Shown in pieces: positions 16,522 through 30,353 of a stretch of DNA of 64,000 nt; the stretch's first letter is position 1; each line of letters opens with the position of its first letter. The stretch lies in NCBI RefSeq assembly GCF_009914755.1, contig NC_060929.1. One strand, 5' to 3'. The position numbers and the translations under genes are program-made. This DNA is from the human T2T-CHM13v2.0 reference genome, Homo sapiens. The notes below the pieces were generated by a model that was given only the letters and a program-made list of their open reading frames with translations, made no database searches and was not told the origin of the DNA.

Positions 16522-17397
16522 TAGTTACTTAAGTGGCATCACTGTATATTCTAAGAGTCTTTTAGTTCAATATGGCATATTTGTAGTGTTGTTGGAAGAT
16601 TTTATAGAGCTCTGCTAAATGCTGTACTCAAATGAGATCCCACCAATGTGAGATTGTTTCTAGGAAATGACCCCTTTTTGAAGACCAGTTATTCAAAACT
16701 GCTGCATTTCAAAGTTAAGGCTGATGACCCAGGGATGCAGGAAATGATTGATGGCTCTCCTCAAGAGCACAGCAGAATCTTTGGGAATTTCTTATGGCCC
16801 AGATTTGGGGAGGCTGATTCACCTCATTTAAGTCTTCAAGAGACTGATATATTGAAACCAATAAGAAATAGTCTTTCTAATGCCTGGAAGGCTCATATTC
16901 TTTGTTCAGGGCCTTCTTCCGTTAAATTAGTAATCAGAGAGGGCATCAGAGAATCAGAGCAATCAGAAAGGGAGATTCGGGGTTTTGAAGTATCTTTCAT
17001 CAGGTTCATGGTGAGGTCTTGTGGCTGCCCTGTCAGAGTCTTTCGCTCCAGTGACAGGAAATTTCATAATTTCCTTTCGTAGATAGTACTGGATAAAAAC
17101 TGCCAACTTCTGTCTTTTTTAACCATCAATATTTTACATTCTAAGGTGACCTCTCCTTTCTTTCCTCAAAGTCTTCTGTTTAGGATACAATTAGTTGAGT
17201 AGATTCCCGCAACTAAATGATAATGAAGGTTTTCCAAATCCAACTCTTTGAGATTATACACAGGTTTCTTTGGCTGGAGTCCTGAATGAACTCAAGCTTA
17301 TCAACTGCACATCTACCCACCACAGATAACCAGGATCACCTTGAACTCTCTACTGGACTTATTTCTAAGCCCCTGGGAGGCATCTCACCTTTTTGCA

Positions 17398-17702
17398 TTT
17401 TTTTTTTTTTCTTTTTTGAGACAGCGTCTGGCTCTGTCACCCAGGCTGAAGTGCAGTCATGAGATCACAGTTCACTGCAGCCTCAACCTCCCAGGCTCAA
17501 GCCAGCCTCCCATCTTAGCCTCCCAAATAGCTGAGACTACAGGCACATGCCACCATACCCGGCTGATTTTATTGTGTGTTTTGTAGAGATGGGGTATCAC
17601 CATGTTGCTCAGGCTGGTCTTGAACTCCTGACCTCAAGTGATCCGCCCACCTCAGCCTCCCAAAGTCTTGGGATTACATGTTGTGAGCCACTGCGCCCAG
17701 CC
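17398..17702 (-). mobile_element. Alu (AluJ-like)
   Basis: Reverse-complement Alu with T tail. Confidence 0.9.
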
Positions 17703-19809
17703 TTTGTTCACATTTTTTACCAGCAAGCAGTCCTTTTTGTGGTGAGAGGAGAATGTGGGAAAGGCTGTGGAGGACAAGCAAGTATTAGAATGAGAGATTT
17801 CATCCTAATGGCAAGGCTTGTTGACTTCCCACAGTCATTAGCTCATTTCTCTTTTTAGATGCTCTTTGCGCTCATTTCACTATTGTAACTATACTTACTA
17901 TGTGATATATGAGACTACTGTCCAGGCTTCTGTCTCTGCAAGTGGACCAGTGGTTCTTAACCCATTTCTGTTCAAACCTACTGCAGAAATATGACATGAG
18001 AGTCCTCAGTAACAGCAGTTCACTCTGAAATTGGTAGTTTCCAAAAATATTCCTGCTATCCTCTCCATCCTTTTCTCCCTTCCCTTTGTTAAAAATCACT
18101 GAACTAGAATATGAGCTCTTTGAGGTCAGAGATGTGCTCTTCTTTGATTCCAACCACCTAACACATGGCTGGGACAGTGCTGAACACATAGAAGAATGCC
18201 TGAGGTCACCAGTTTGTTTGTGAGAGGGCCAGGACCACAACTCAGGCAGTCTCAATTTCTAGAATGCTACACTTTTCAACTACTGTAACTTTTCCAGTTT
18301 TGTCTCTGGGATGATTTAGTACTGCTGATTTTTTTCTAAGGTTTTTTTTTTAAATTTCACAAATAATAGCTGAGTATTTTTATTGTAAAGGAGTCAAGCA
18401 ATAATTACCATTAACTTAAAAATATTTTAATATTTTATTCAACATTTAATATTGATAGGATTTTAAATGCAAAACCGCTTGTCAGAATAGCAATTTTAGT
18501 TTTAGCATCTATTATTATTCATTGATTCACTTATTAAGACTGCCAGCATCTTGGCTTTCATAGCCTTCCTTTTTAATGTGCTTTTAGGACTTGTAAATAA
18601 TGTGAGCTAGGACTAAAGGCGTGTCTTCTTCTTAACAGATGGAGAAGATTAAGACAACATTCTGAATAATTAGACACAAAAAGAATGTTCTTAGTGTTAT
18701 AGTTATTTTTAAAGACACCTTTTTTCTTCATTGAAAAATTGAAATGTTTCCCTTTGAGTTATATACCCATTTAAATCAAAATGGCTATCTTTATTATCTT
18801 AGGCATTTCCAATTCGCTAAGGATTTCAGTTGGTTCATATGTGAGAAAATGTTATCCCTCTAATTTTCTCCAGAAATCCTGCATGCACATTTTTCTAAAG
18901 TAACTTATTTTGTAAAGAACCCTTTTCTTTTTTTTTTCTATAATGATCTGGCAGATGAAAATGTAACATCATTTATTTCTTCCTGAAATGAATTACTGGT
19001 TTTACATTTGCTTTATTCTTAGACTATCCCACCATTTCATCTTAGATGAGATGAAGAGCCAGCATTCTTTTTGTTCCAATAAACAAGTAAATGCCACAAA
19101 CAGTATTGTCTACCAGGTACCAGGCACTGCCTTAGATACCAAGGCTTCAAAGAGGAAGAAGAGAGGTTCCACTCTTAAGAAGGTCCCTGTATGTAGGGAA
19201 GCCGTCAGGTAAATTGCTGACCACCATTCTTGTGGCAGATGCTGTAGGACACATGATATAGTGGGGCATGGGGCACAAAGGAGGGACCAACTGGCATCTC
19301 CATGCGGGAATTCAGAGAGGGCGTCTTAGGGAAGGAGAGCCTTGAAATGAGTCTGGAAAGGTGATTAATTTGTCAGAAATAAGGGGAAAGGAGCACTGTG
19401 GGCATGCATAGAGCATGGAGATGTGAGATAGCGTGGTGCTTGGCAAAACTGTGAGTTGTTCCATTTGACTGGAGGGCCTAGGCACTGAGGCAAGGGCCAG
19501 AGGATGGCCTCATAGCTGCACATACTCATTTTTTTTTCTGGAGCACATTCTTGGTAGTTGGTATACTTTTCATAAGACATAGTGGAGTAGACGATGGACG
19601 AAAGGAAAACGTGTTGTAATTGCAAATCTTTAAAATGTTGACTGGGGTTGATGGAGTAATTATGAAGGATCTAGGTGATGATAGTCAACAAATAAAATAA
19701 AATAGGATCCTTCCTCCTTCCAAAATCCCCAGAATCTATTTGCCATTGGAAATAGAGCTTTTGAAAAGAGATATGAAGCAAACCAACTCTTGACTGATGT
19801 CATTTTCAG

Positions 19810-19900
19810 CTCTCTCCCCAGCCTTCATGTGTTAACCTGGGGATGATGTGGACCTGGGCACTGTGGATGCTCCCTTCACTCTGCAAATTCAGCCTGGCAG
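19810..19900 (+). CDS. IL31RA: IL31RA exon 2, signal peptide (LSPQPSCVNLGMMWTWALWMLPSLCKFSLA)
   Basis: Acceptor ttttcag at 19803-19809, donor GTAGGT at 19901, 91 nt, in-frame ATGs at 19843 and 19846, hydrophobic signal sequence. Confidence 0.96.
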
Positions 19901-20172
19901 GTAGGTTGACCTGGGCCCTTTTACAGATCATGTGATTATTATTGCCTTCTTTGGACAAGAGTTGTTAACTTTAAAGCGACACCTGGATTATGGACATCCA
20001 CAGATAGAAAAGGGGACTTGTGAACACCCTGAATTTGTGTGTGTGTCTGTGTGTGCACACATGCATGCAATTTCACATATACTCATGCATGTGCAAATGT
20101 GGCAAGATGGCTTACCATATTTTCAAAGGGAGATACAACCCCCAAAATGCTGAGATCTACTGTTTTAGAATA

Positions 20173-20808
20173 TAGTAGTCTCTCCTTATCTGTGGGGGAA
20201 TATGTTCCAAGATCCTCAGTGGATGCCTGAAACTGTGGATAGTACCAAACCCTATATATAGTACATTTTTCCTTCACATATATACCTATGATGAAGTTTA
20301 GGTACATTTAGGCATGAAGAGATTAAAACAATAACTAATAATAAAATGGAGCCATTAAAACAATTTACTATAATAAAAGTTAGGTGAGGTCTGGCACAGT
20401 GGCTCATGCCTGTAATCCCAGCACTTTGGGAGGCTGAGGCGGGCAGATTTTTTGAGGTCAGGAGTTCGAGAGCAGCCTGACCAACATGGTAAAACCCCGT
20501 CTCTACTAAAAATACAAAAATTAACCGAGTATGGTGGCTCACGCTTGTAATCCCAGCTACTTGGGAGGCTGAGGTGGGAAGATCACTTGAACCTGGGAGG
20601 CAGAGGTTGCAGTGAGCCTAGATTGTGCCACGGCACTCCAGCCTGGGCCAGAGCAAGACCTTGTCTCAAAAAAAAAAAAAAGTTATGTGAATGTGGTCTC
20701 TCTCTCTCTAAATATCTCATTGTACTGCACTCACCCATTTTCAGATGGCGTTGATCACTAGTAACTGAAACTACAGAAAGTAAAACCATAGATAAGAGGG
20801 AACTACTA
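20173..20808 (-). mobile_element. MER44A-like (TcMar-Tigger) element interrupted by a sense Alu (20388-20680)
   Basis: TIRs tagtagtctctccttatc / gataagagggaactacta with TA flanks; Alu TSD AAAAGTTA(G/T)GTGA. Confidence 0.8.
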
Positions 20809-21089
20809 TAATAGGAAGTGCTTATCTCCATAGTTTTTGTGTTGTTGTTATGGCTTCATATAATACACATACATAAATACAAAAATAAGCAGTTTTCATA
20901 CTATTTGCCATAAAGGGAAATAATGAAACAACATTTCTATAGTGTTCCAACTCAAGACTACAGGCCTGATATCCATACAATAGCTTGTAGATCTAAGATC
21001 CATTTGTTTGATTATATCTTAAGTTTAAAACAATATTAAGAGCAGAGACACTGGTCTGGTAGTGGGAAGGTGGGGAAGGCGTCATGTAG

Positions 21090-21455
21090 CGTATTTGTGT
21101 GCTTGGGCTGCCATAACAAAATACCTCAGACTGGGTGGCTTAAGCAACAGAAATTTATTTTCTCACGGTTCTGGAGGCTGGAAGTCCAGTGTCAAGGTGG
21201 CAGCAGGGCTGGTTTGCAGGTGGCCTTCCTTTTGCTGCCTCTTCACATGGTCATCCCTCTGTGCCCACACAACCCTGGTGTCTCTCCTCCTCCTAAGGAT
21301 GCCAGTCAGATTGGATTAGGGCCCATCATAATGGTCCCATTTTAACTTAATTACCTCTTCAAGTGCTCTATCTCCAAATATAATCACATTTTGAGGTACT
21401 GGGGGTTAGGACTTCATTATGTGAATTTTGGAGAGACATAATTTAGCCTATAACA
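21090..21455. mobile_element. MLT1A/B-like MaLR LTR
   Basis: gggctgccataacaaaatacctcagactgggtggctta...ttagcctataaca. Confidence 0.8.
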
Positions 21456-21586
21456 TGTACTAATTGGGGTCACCAAGAGGGCAGTCATGACCCAGAGATA
21501 ATGAGAATGCCTTCAGACTTCTGTCCTGGCATGGCCTGCCTTAGCCCCTTGGGGTTACACCTGTGGCACTCAGGAGCTTGATAGAC

Positions 21587-21911
21587 CAGGGGTCCCCAAC
21601 CCCCAGGCTGCAGACCATGTTAGGAACTGGGCCACACAGCAGGAGATGAGCTGCTGGTGAGCCAGAGTTACTGCCTGAGCTCCGCCTCCTGTCAAATCAG
21701 CAGCGGCATGAGATTCTCATGGGAGCACGAACCCTATTGTGAACTGTGCATATGAGGGATCTATTAATAGGTTGTGTGCTCCTTATGATAATCTAATGCC
21801 TGATGATCTGAGGTGAAACAGTTTCATCCCGAAACCATCCGTACCCCAGGTCCATGGAAAAATTATCTTCCACAAAACTGGTCCCTGGTGCCAAAATGTA
21901 GGGGACTGCTG
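21587..21911 (+). mobile_element. MER1B (hAT-Charlie)
   Basis: CAGGGGTCCCCAACCCC...GGGGACTGCTG; 8-bp TSD TGATAGAC/TGATAGAA. Confidence 0.85.
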
Positions 21912-22479
21912 TGATAGAAAATAGATGATACAGGCAGGCAGGACTATTGCTCTCCCTCTCATCAGCAATTGCTCCCAGTTATCTAATCTAAACTTCTAAT
22001 TACAGACACTGTGGCTCCTATCAAGTCACCCTTTCCCTCCACTTGTCTTTTTCTGTCTTCTATCTCTGTTTTCCACTCTTCCTATGTTGTACATATACCA
22101 GCTCCTACAAAACTGGCTCCAATATCCACCATTCTTTTCATCTAGAATATCCTTCCCTTGGTCCTGCTCAGCCTTGCTCTTCTATGTCAAGATATTTTTC
22201 AAAACACTGACTTTGCAACAGCACCAAAGTGATATGAGTATAGAGGGAAGGAGGGAGATGGAGAACATCTCTATAATTTTGGAAAATGTTCCTCTTGCGT
22301 ATGGGAAATTCTCTGATAAGCAAGAACATTCTCCCAATTTTTCTTAGAGGAAGTGATGAATGTTTTTCCCCTTATTTCTAGAAATAGGGGAATATTGCTA
22401 TGGTTCGTATTTTGAGGGAATAGGGAAAGAAAGATGGGAGTGACCAGCAAGCCTAACCTTCAGTTGTTTGTATTTATAA

Positions 22480-23210
22480 AATAAAAATTCTATTTTGACT
22501 AATTTTAGATTTATAGAAAAACTGTGAAAATAGCATAGAGAGTTCCTTTCTACCCTCATCCAGTTTATCCATTGTTACTATCTTATAATACAATAAAAAT
22601 TTGCCAAAACTAAGAAATTGATTTTGGCACATTACTATTGACTAAATTCCAAATTTTATTTGGATTTCACTAGTTTTTCCATGAGTGACTTCTTTCTACT
22701 TTATTTTTAATTTTTTTTTCTGAGACGGAGTCTCGCTCTGTCGCCCTGGCTGGAGTGGAGTTCAGTGGTGCAATCTCAGCTCACTGCAACCTCTGCCTCC
22801 TGGGTTCAAGCAATTCTCCTGCCTCAGCTTCCTGAGTAGATAGGATTATAGGCGTGTGCCACCATGCCTGGCTAATTTTTGTATTTTTAGTAGAGATGGG
22901 GTTTCACCATGTTGGCCCGGCTGGTCTCCAACTCCTGAACTCGTGATCCGCCCATCTTGGCCTCCCAAAGTGCTGGGATTACAGGTGTGAGCCACTATGC
23001 TCAGCCTGAATGACTTCTTCCTATTCCAGGATCCAATTTAGGGTACCACATTGCGTTGAATTGTCATGTCTCCTTGGTCTCTGCCGGTCTGTTACAGGTC
23101 CTTAGTCTTTCCTTACTATTCATGACCGTGGCAGTCTTAAGGAGTACTGACAAGTATTTCTGGGTTTAGGGGGAAAAAGGCAACAGAGGTGAAGTGTTCT
23201 TCATTGTGCA
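22480..23210 (-). mobile_element. L1MC-like 3' end with antisense Alu (~22700-23007)
   Basis: Same L1 3' family as at 7230; Alu TSD TGACTTCTT(T/C)CTA. Confidence 0.75.
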
Positions 23211-24574
23211 TCACAATTTTACCCATGTTTGTGACAATCTTCTGAGGGAGAATTGAATAAGACTTAAAATAGGCACACTGATTGCCAACAAGGAGGAAGG
23301 CAGGACAACAGATGTGTAGGCTCTGCCAGCCAAGGCAGTTCTAGTACATACAGCCAAGGTCGTTCAGCTATGTGGAATCACTCCAGATAACTGAAACTGG
23401 AAAAGGTAAAGAAAATCTAGAAAGTAGAAGTGAAGTCTAACATTGTTGATTTGGTTCAATTTTATTCCAGTTTCCCTCAACCCCCTAATCTGTGATAAAA
23501 TGAATCTAAAATCCTCATATGCAGAATTAAAATGTCATGAGGACACAAAACTAGGGAAAGCTATTGTTAAATTCCTCCTCCAAGTCTGAGAATACTGGAG
23601 AGAACAGGCTATTTAGGTATTAGTCAGGGAGAGTTGTTTATGCTGTAATAATAAACAAGCCTAAAATATTAGTATTTAAAACAGCAAACTACATGTCCAT
23701 CACAGGTAAGCAGGGGCTCAGGCTGGTGGGGCTCTGCTATCCTCACACACACCATGTCAGCATCCGTTTTCAAGGCGTGCAGTAACAGGAGGAGGAGAGA
23801 AAAGAGAGTCATGCGCCATCACTTGGACGCTTCCTCTCACATGGCAAAGGCCAAGGCAAATCCCATGGCCACCCTATTGATGAGCACTGGAAATATTGGT
23901 GAGCATTCATTTTATCTACCACAAATCTCTTCTGTAACACCAATATCAAGAGAGCCTTTGTAAGACTATTGTTCTCTCTTACCATGTGCCAACCAGTAAG
24001 GGAAAAACAAATGTAGTCTCATAAGAACAGCCTGGGTTGAGCGGAAAATCATTTTTGGAACCACTTACTCTTCTCCTGGTGGCTCCAAAAATCATTGACA
24101 CCTGGTGACACTTAACGGTTCTGAAAAACAGATATTTAACTCTCTTTTTAGCTTATGGCTTCTCATATATGTTAACCAAAGCTTTTGAAGAAGCTTAGGA
24201 GAGGTATTTAAGGAAGAACAGGAAAGAGCAGGATTCACTTAGGTTTGACTGGAGTGTATTTAGATCCACGAGGATCTATTCCTCCATTGATATCTTGGTG
24301 GCTGGCTTTGGATTCAACCAACGCAAGGGAGAGCAAGAATGAAAAGGAAATAAAATAAAATATGACTGCAGGAGGCCGTAATGAGAATAATATAAGACTA
24401 AGACTATTCTGGGGAAATGGGGAAAGGCTTCTTGTTTCCTTGTTCTCTGGCCAAGAATCAACTTTGAAATCCTCTGGCGAGTTAGTGTGACGAGTATGAG
24501 CGAAATGGGGGTGCGGCAGCCTACCCTTTTGTGAATATTTGTAAGAAACTTGGCCAGAGACTGAGGATAGATCC

Positions 24575-25220
24575 ACATATATACACACAGACACACACAC
24601 ACACACCACACATATACATCACACACACCACACTACACACACACACATACACCACACACACTACACACACACCACACATATACATCACACACACCACGCA
24701 CACACCACAAACATACCACACACCCCACACTACACACACACACCACACATACTGCACATATACATCATACACACCATGCACACATCATAAACATACTACA
24801 CACACCACACTACACACACACTATAAACACATCACACACACTACACACACCACACATATGTCACACATACCACACAAACACATCACACACACCATAAACA
24901 TACCATACACACCACACACACACAGACCACACGCACACACCAACACGCTCCAGCGGACACACACTATATATGCATTATAAACACATCACACATACTACAC
25001 ACATACCACACATACACCACACATACCCTGCACACACTACACACACACCACGTACACATACACACTACACACATACCACACACACTCTACACACACACCA
25101 TTCACACATATACTATGCACACATACTACACATACCACACACATCACACACATACCCCACACACATTTTACACATGACATACACACCGCACACTACACAC
25201 ACACCCCATACACACACATG
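24575..25220. repeat. Degenerate CA-rich low-complexity tract (CACAC/CATAC units)
   Basis: Directly visible; almost G-free on the + strand; produces spurious His/Thr-rich ORFs. Confidence 0.95.
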
Positions 25221-26594
25221 CACTGTACACGCACTGCCCTTATCTCTGAGCCATGGAGACAGGGAGTGAGTGGGACAGTGTGTGAGTTATTCCTCCTGGG
25301 TGTTGCAAGCTAACCCTTGGTTCACCTCTTGTAGGACTTTGCACTTCCTCCTGACAGTTGGGAGGCATGAGGTTTGTTAACATTCTGTTTGCTGACCCCA
25401 AAAGTCCTCAGGGAGGGTTCCAAGCTGCGTGGGCTCTTTGAGAAATGTGTTAATGGTGTAGCTTTCAATCTCTATGTAACATGCAGTATTATTTGATTCA
25501 GATCCAGTTAACTTTGGTCTTTTTAAGCATTTGGATCTGGAGATCACTGGCTTCCTCATGGTTTTCAGCGTGCAAGTAGCAAAGATAGAAAGCCTTTGAA
25601 CTGCTTGTTGGATGCGTGCTGTGGGTGCCTGGCTCATGTGCAGGACTAGGAGGAAGGCAGCTTCTCTGGAGAGAGCGAGAAAAGTTGACACAACAGGAAG
25701 CCATCTAGCTCTCCCTCACCCTCATTTGTCATTCTCAGTGGCTCCTTTACCCATGTAGACAATGCTCAGTTCATAGACCAAATACATGAATGTATATACA
25801 AACACACACATTTACAACCCTTTTAAAATCCCAAACCTAAACAAAACAAAACAATGAATGCTACCCATTCTGGAACCCCTTTACACCACCTTCTTGTTAT
25901 AGGGTAATACCTCTGACAGAGTTGAAATATATATAATATTATTCAGATGTGCAGAGAAATGGAACATCCCTATTTTCTATGATCAAACGAGTCATTTTCT
26001 AAAGTCCCCTTACCACTGGAAAGTCAGGCAAGGGTGAGAAAGAGGAGGGTGTGGGTAGCACTTAAATTTGTTAACGTTGTGTCATTTCTTCTGGTTTAAG
26101 ATGTCTTTGGCTAGCTCAGTCTCTTTGGGGTTCCTGCCTTGCCCTCTGCTCCTCCTTAAGATTGTGTCTGAATATATGAGCAAGGCTTATGTGACTGCAG
26201 ACTTGGATGCGTGGGAATAAGTCCTTGTGTTGCCCTCTGTCTTCCCTGAACTGTCTGGTGTGGTCTGATCCCCCTCTGCCATCTGCCATGGGGCAGCTGG
26301 CTTTGCCTGTGCTTTGGGCCACAGCTTATGCTCCAGTTGTTTGTCCATGGTCCTGAAGTTCCTCTGTGAATGGAAGCTGCTTCATCCTCATCCCAGGCCT
26401 GGTCCCGTCTCACAGCTGTATCCTCGCCCCTGACTTTGAGGGCACAGGGAAATTTCTGGATCCCTGTGTGCTACATTCACCTGCATAGAGCTCACATGAG
26501 GAGCTGCACCAGGCCACCCTCTGCCAGCACATTGTTAGGACTTCCATGCCACCATAGAGTTGGTGCTTAGTGGAACATGAGGCTTCCCCTAGAC

Positions 26595-26956
26595 TAGTGG
26601 TCCCTAGCCTTTTTGGCACCAGGGACCGGTTTCATGGAAGACAATTTTTCCATGGACAGGGGGTGGGGTTGGGAGTTGGGGGATGGTTTCAGGATGAAAC
26701 CGTTCTACCTCATATCATCAGGCATTAGTTAGATTCTCATAAGGAGTGAGCAACCTAGATCCCTCACAAGCACAGTTCACAGTAGGGTTCAGCTCCTATG
26801 AGAATCTAATGCTGCTGCTGTTCTGAGGCAGGGGTAGGGGTGGGGGCGGGGAGCTCAGGCGGTAATGCTCGCTCACCTGCTGCTCACCTCCTGCTGTGTG
26901 GCCCAGTTCCTAACAGGCCATGGACCCGTACCTTGCCCAGCGGTTGAGGAATCCTG
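26595..26956 (-). mobile_element. MER1B, opposite orientation to the copy at 21587
   Basis: ggtccctagcctttttggcaccagggaccggtttcatggaagacaattttt is the reverse complement of the MER1B 3' end. Confidence 0.85.
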
Positions 26957-27364
26957 CTAGACTACAGCCTGGCAACCTCCCCCGGACTTGCTGTACCTGG
27001 TGAAATAGGCTACCAGCCAGATGACCTTGGTGCATGGGACCCATCCGCATGTTTGTACCGCTCTATCAAGAACACTGACATCAGAATTCTTTGCTTTACC
27101 TTCCTTTCATTCCCTCCCCATCCCTGCCCCCATATTTACTTGTTAGAAGTGATCAGCTTTTTCCTACTTCTTGTCTGGTAGAGACTGCCTTCCTAGGAAG
27201 CGCTAGACCTTCCTTTGATATATAAAGGTAATTTAAGAAGTTGCCCTCCTCTCACAAAAATGCCTGCTTCTTAAGACTATCTTTCCAAAGGCTCAACAAA
27301 GAAGTTAGTATAAGCCTCAGAGCTGAACATGGCCCTTAGTCTAAAATTGCTCTTAGTTCTTAGT

Positions 27365-27650
27365 TGTGCATGTGTGTTTGTGTGTGTGTGTGTGTGCGCG
27401 CATGTGTGTGTTTGTGTGTGTGTGCATGTGTGTGCATGTGTGTGCATGTGTGTTTGTGTGTGTGCATGTGTGTGTGTGCATGTGTGTTTGTGTGTGCATG
27501 TGTGTTTGTGTGTGTGTGCGCATGTGTGTTTGTGTGTGTGTTTGTGTGTGTTTGTGTGTGCGTGTGTTTGTGTGCGTGTGTGTGTGCATGTGTGTGTGCA
27601 TGTGTGTGTGTGCGTGTGTGTGTGTGTGCGTGTGTGTGTGTGTGTGTATG
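27365..27650. repeat. Interrupted (TG)n array with TGCATG and TTTG interruptions
   Basis: Directly visible. Confidence 0.97.
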
Positions 27651-27654
27651 TTTA

Positions 27655-28537
27655 GGATCAACCCCTTGGTCATCTAGTGAAGTCTATGGGCTGATTCTCA
27701 AAACAATGTTTGTAAATGCACAAATAAAATAAATAGCATTACAAAGATACCAAAATATACTGAAATGAAATCATCAAAATATTAATGAAATCATCAAAAT
27801 ATTAAAGAAACAAATTTGTGATCTGGTAATATGTGGTCTTCTTTATTAACACATTAAATAAGAAGACCTAATAATTGCCTTAATTTAGGTCTAATATTAA
27901 TAATTACCTTAATTCAGAAATAGTGATAATAGTATTTCATATTTGTATTAGTCCATTTTCACGCTGCTGATAAAGACATACGCGAGACTGGGAAGAAAAA
28001 GAGGTTTAATTAGACTTACAGTTCCAATGGCTGGGGAGGCCTCAGAATCATGGTGGGAGGCAAAAGGCACTTCCTACATGGCTGCAGCAAGAGAAAATGA
28101 GAAAGAAGTAAAAGCGCAAACCCCTGATAAACCCGTCAGATCTCGTGGGTTATTTACTTATTTACTATCATGAGAATAGCACAGGAAAAACCAGCTTCCA
28201 TGATTCAATTACCTCCCCCTGGGTCCTCCCACAACACATGGGAATTCTGGGAGATACAATTCAAGTTAAGATTTGGGTGGGGGCACAACCAAACCATATA
28301 AATATTTTAAGGTACCTGCAGCAACGAAAATATAATATGAAAATATTTGTGATTTATAATGGTGACAAAGTCACAGGCAATGATGCTATTACTGTAGTTT
28401 GTTGATTACACTTATGATGGAAGGAAATCCTAAATTTCAACAGTAGGTTAGTGAAAATTAAAGATGTAAATTTTCCCCATTTAAGTTCATGGACCCCTGA
28501 ATTCTACCCATGGACCCCTTAAAGATCTAGGTCCCTG
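27655..28537 (+). mobile_element. MER119-like hAT-Charlie element interrupted by THE1
   Basis: tagtgaagtctatggg...aaatgcacaaataaaataaatagcattacaaag and ...gttcatggacccctg match recalled MER119. Confidence 0.55.
27944..28301 (-). mobile_element. THE1A/B solo LTR
   Basis: TGTATTAGTCCATTTTCACGCTGCTGATAAAGACATAC...AAACCATATAA; TSD ATATT at 27939-27943 and 28302-28306. Confidence 0.9.
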
Positions 28538-29101
28538 TTCTAGATGGTAGTATCTGGTTTCCCTATGAAAGTGTGGATGCTATGGGGTGGGGAGCTCTCA
28601 GGAGCAAGATTTCTAAGATATGAAGATACAGTTGAAGATATTTCATAAATTTCTCTATTGTACAATCTTCTGGAAAAGAAAATTGTTGATACATATGGTT
28701 GAAGTGTGGCATGGTTGTATTCTTGCTTATGCCCACATCATCTGTTACCCATGAATTATCCAGAGTGATTCTACCATTTGATGCTTTACTGAGTATATCA
28801 CAAATACTTTGTATGTATTTCTTGGTGTTTTAAAAATGCTTGCTGCTCAAATGTTACATTTAAGTAAGAATGTAAAAAGGGATTTCTTAAAAAGTAGAAA
28901 TCTAGCTCTTGAAAGGGAATAATTAAAGAGATGAAGTTAGATTCTTTCCATTGAACCTGATTGCTAGGTTACACCTAGCAACTAACCAAAAAAATCTAGC
29001 TTTTGATCAGCATATTTTCCATTAAAAATGTTCAATGCTGGCAATATTTATTGTGTACTGAAATTTTTGTGTTTGTGTGTGTGTGTGTTTAATTTATTTA
29101 G

Positions 29102-29219
29102 CTCTGCCAGCTAAGCCTGAGAACATTTCCTGTGTCTACTACTATAGGAAAAATTTAACCTGCACTTGGAGTCCAGGAAAGGAAACCAGTTATACCCAGT
29201 ACACAGTTAAGAGAACTTA
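29102..29219 (+). CDS. IL31RA: IL31RA exon 3, cytokine-binding domain start (ALPAKPENISCVYYYRKNLTCTWSPGKETSYTQYTVKRTY)
   Basis: AG at 29100-29101, donor GTAAGT at 29220, 118 nt, phases match exons 2 and 4, has the C..C-x-W motif of class I cytokine receptors. Confidence 0.96.
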
Positions 29220-29712
29220 GTAAGTACAGGAGCTTGTGTTTTATCAGTCAGGGCATGGGGGAGGCAGAGGCTTCTGATTCATTCATGATTCACATCCCAT
29301 ATGAAGCAAAAAGTTTCCTCAATGACAGCTTCTGGGTGATTACTGTGTGCAGCCAGTGGCTTGTGGACGGGATCTGGAGCTGCAGAGGGAGGGGAGGCAT
29401 AGCCAGTGTTGACCTCCTCCTGGATTCCCCATTGGCTGAGATGAGTCACCAGTTATAAGCACAGTGGAAAAATCTGTTTATTTACTACACTCAACTATAC
29501 CCTGCCTCTTTCCAGAATGTGTTATATAAAACTGTTCATTCTTTCTGGATCCAGATATAGTAAGTAAGGTTGTAAACCCAGAACTAACAGGCAATTGACC
29601 ATGGTCTGCCACTAATTTGCTGTGTGACCTCTGTCAAACACTATTCCACAGGACAATGATTCCCCAATTTTTTTTACTACCTCAAGCATCCCTCTTTATT
29701 CCAATTCTGTAG

Positions 29713-30088
<376 letters not shown>

Positions 30089-30353
30089 TAACAAAAATTT
30101 TTAACATAGCTCATTACTTCCTTCTTGTGAATAATGAATAAGGGGGCCCATGTTGGGAAGCATTGTAAGATGACCTTTAGTCTTTTTCATTTCAAAACAG
30201 TCTGTGATTCCAAATTCTTTATTTTTAAGCTAAATCTCACATTGCAAGGGAAGTCCACTTTATGTTTTCAGTGGAAGAAATGAAAAAAACAAGCAGTATT
30301 CTCAGCAGCACTGATATAGCTACGAGAACCTATGTCAGAGAGATGCTTTAAAA

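Noticed and set aside
16648-17082. 144-aa ORF in intron 1
   Set aside because: GTG start, no recognisable domain and no place in the IL31RA frame; consistent with a chance ORF.
24235-25269. His/Thr-rich and Val/Cys-rich ORFs
   Set aside because: Translations of the CA-rich low-complexity tract.
27329-27732. Overlapping poly(Cys-Val) and poly(His-Thr) ORFs
   Set aside because: Artefacts of the TG repeat.
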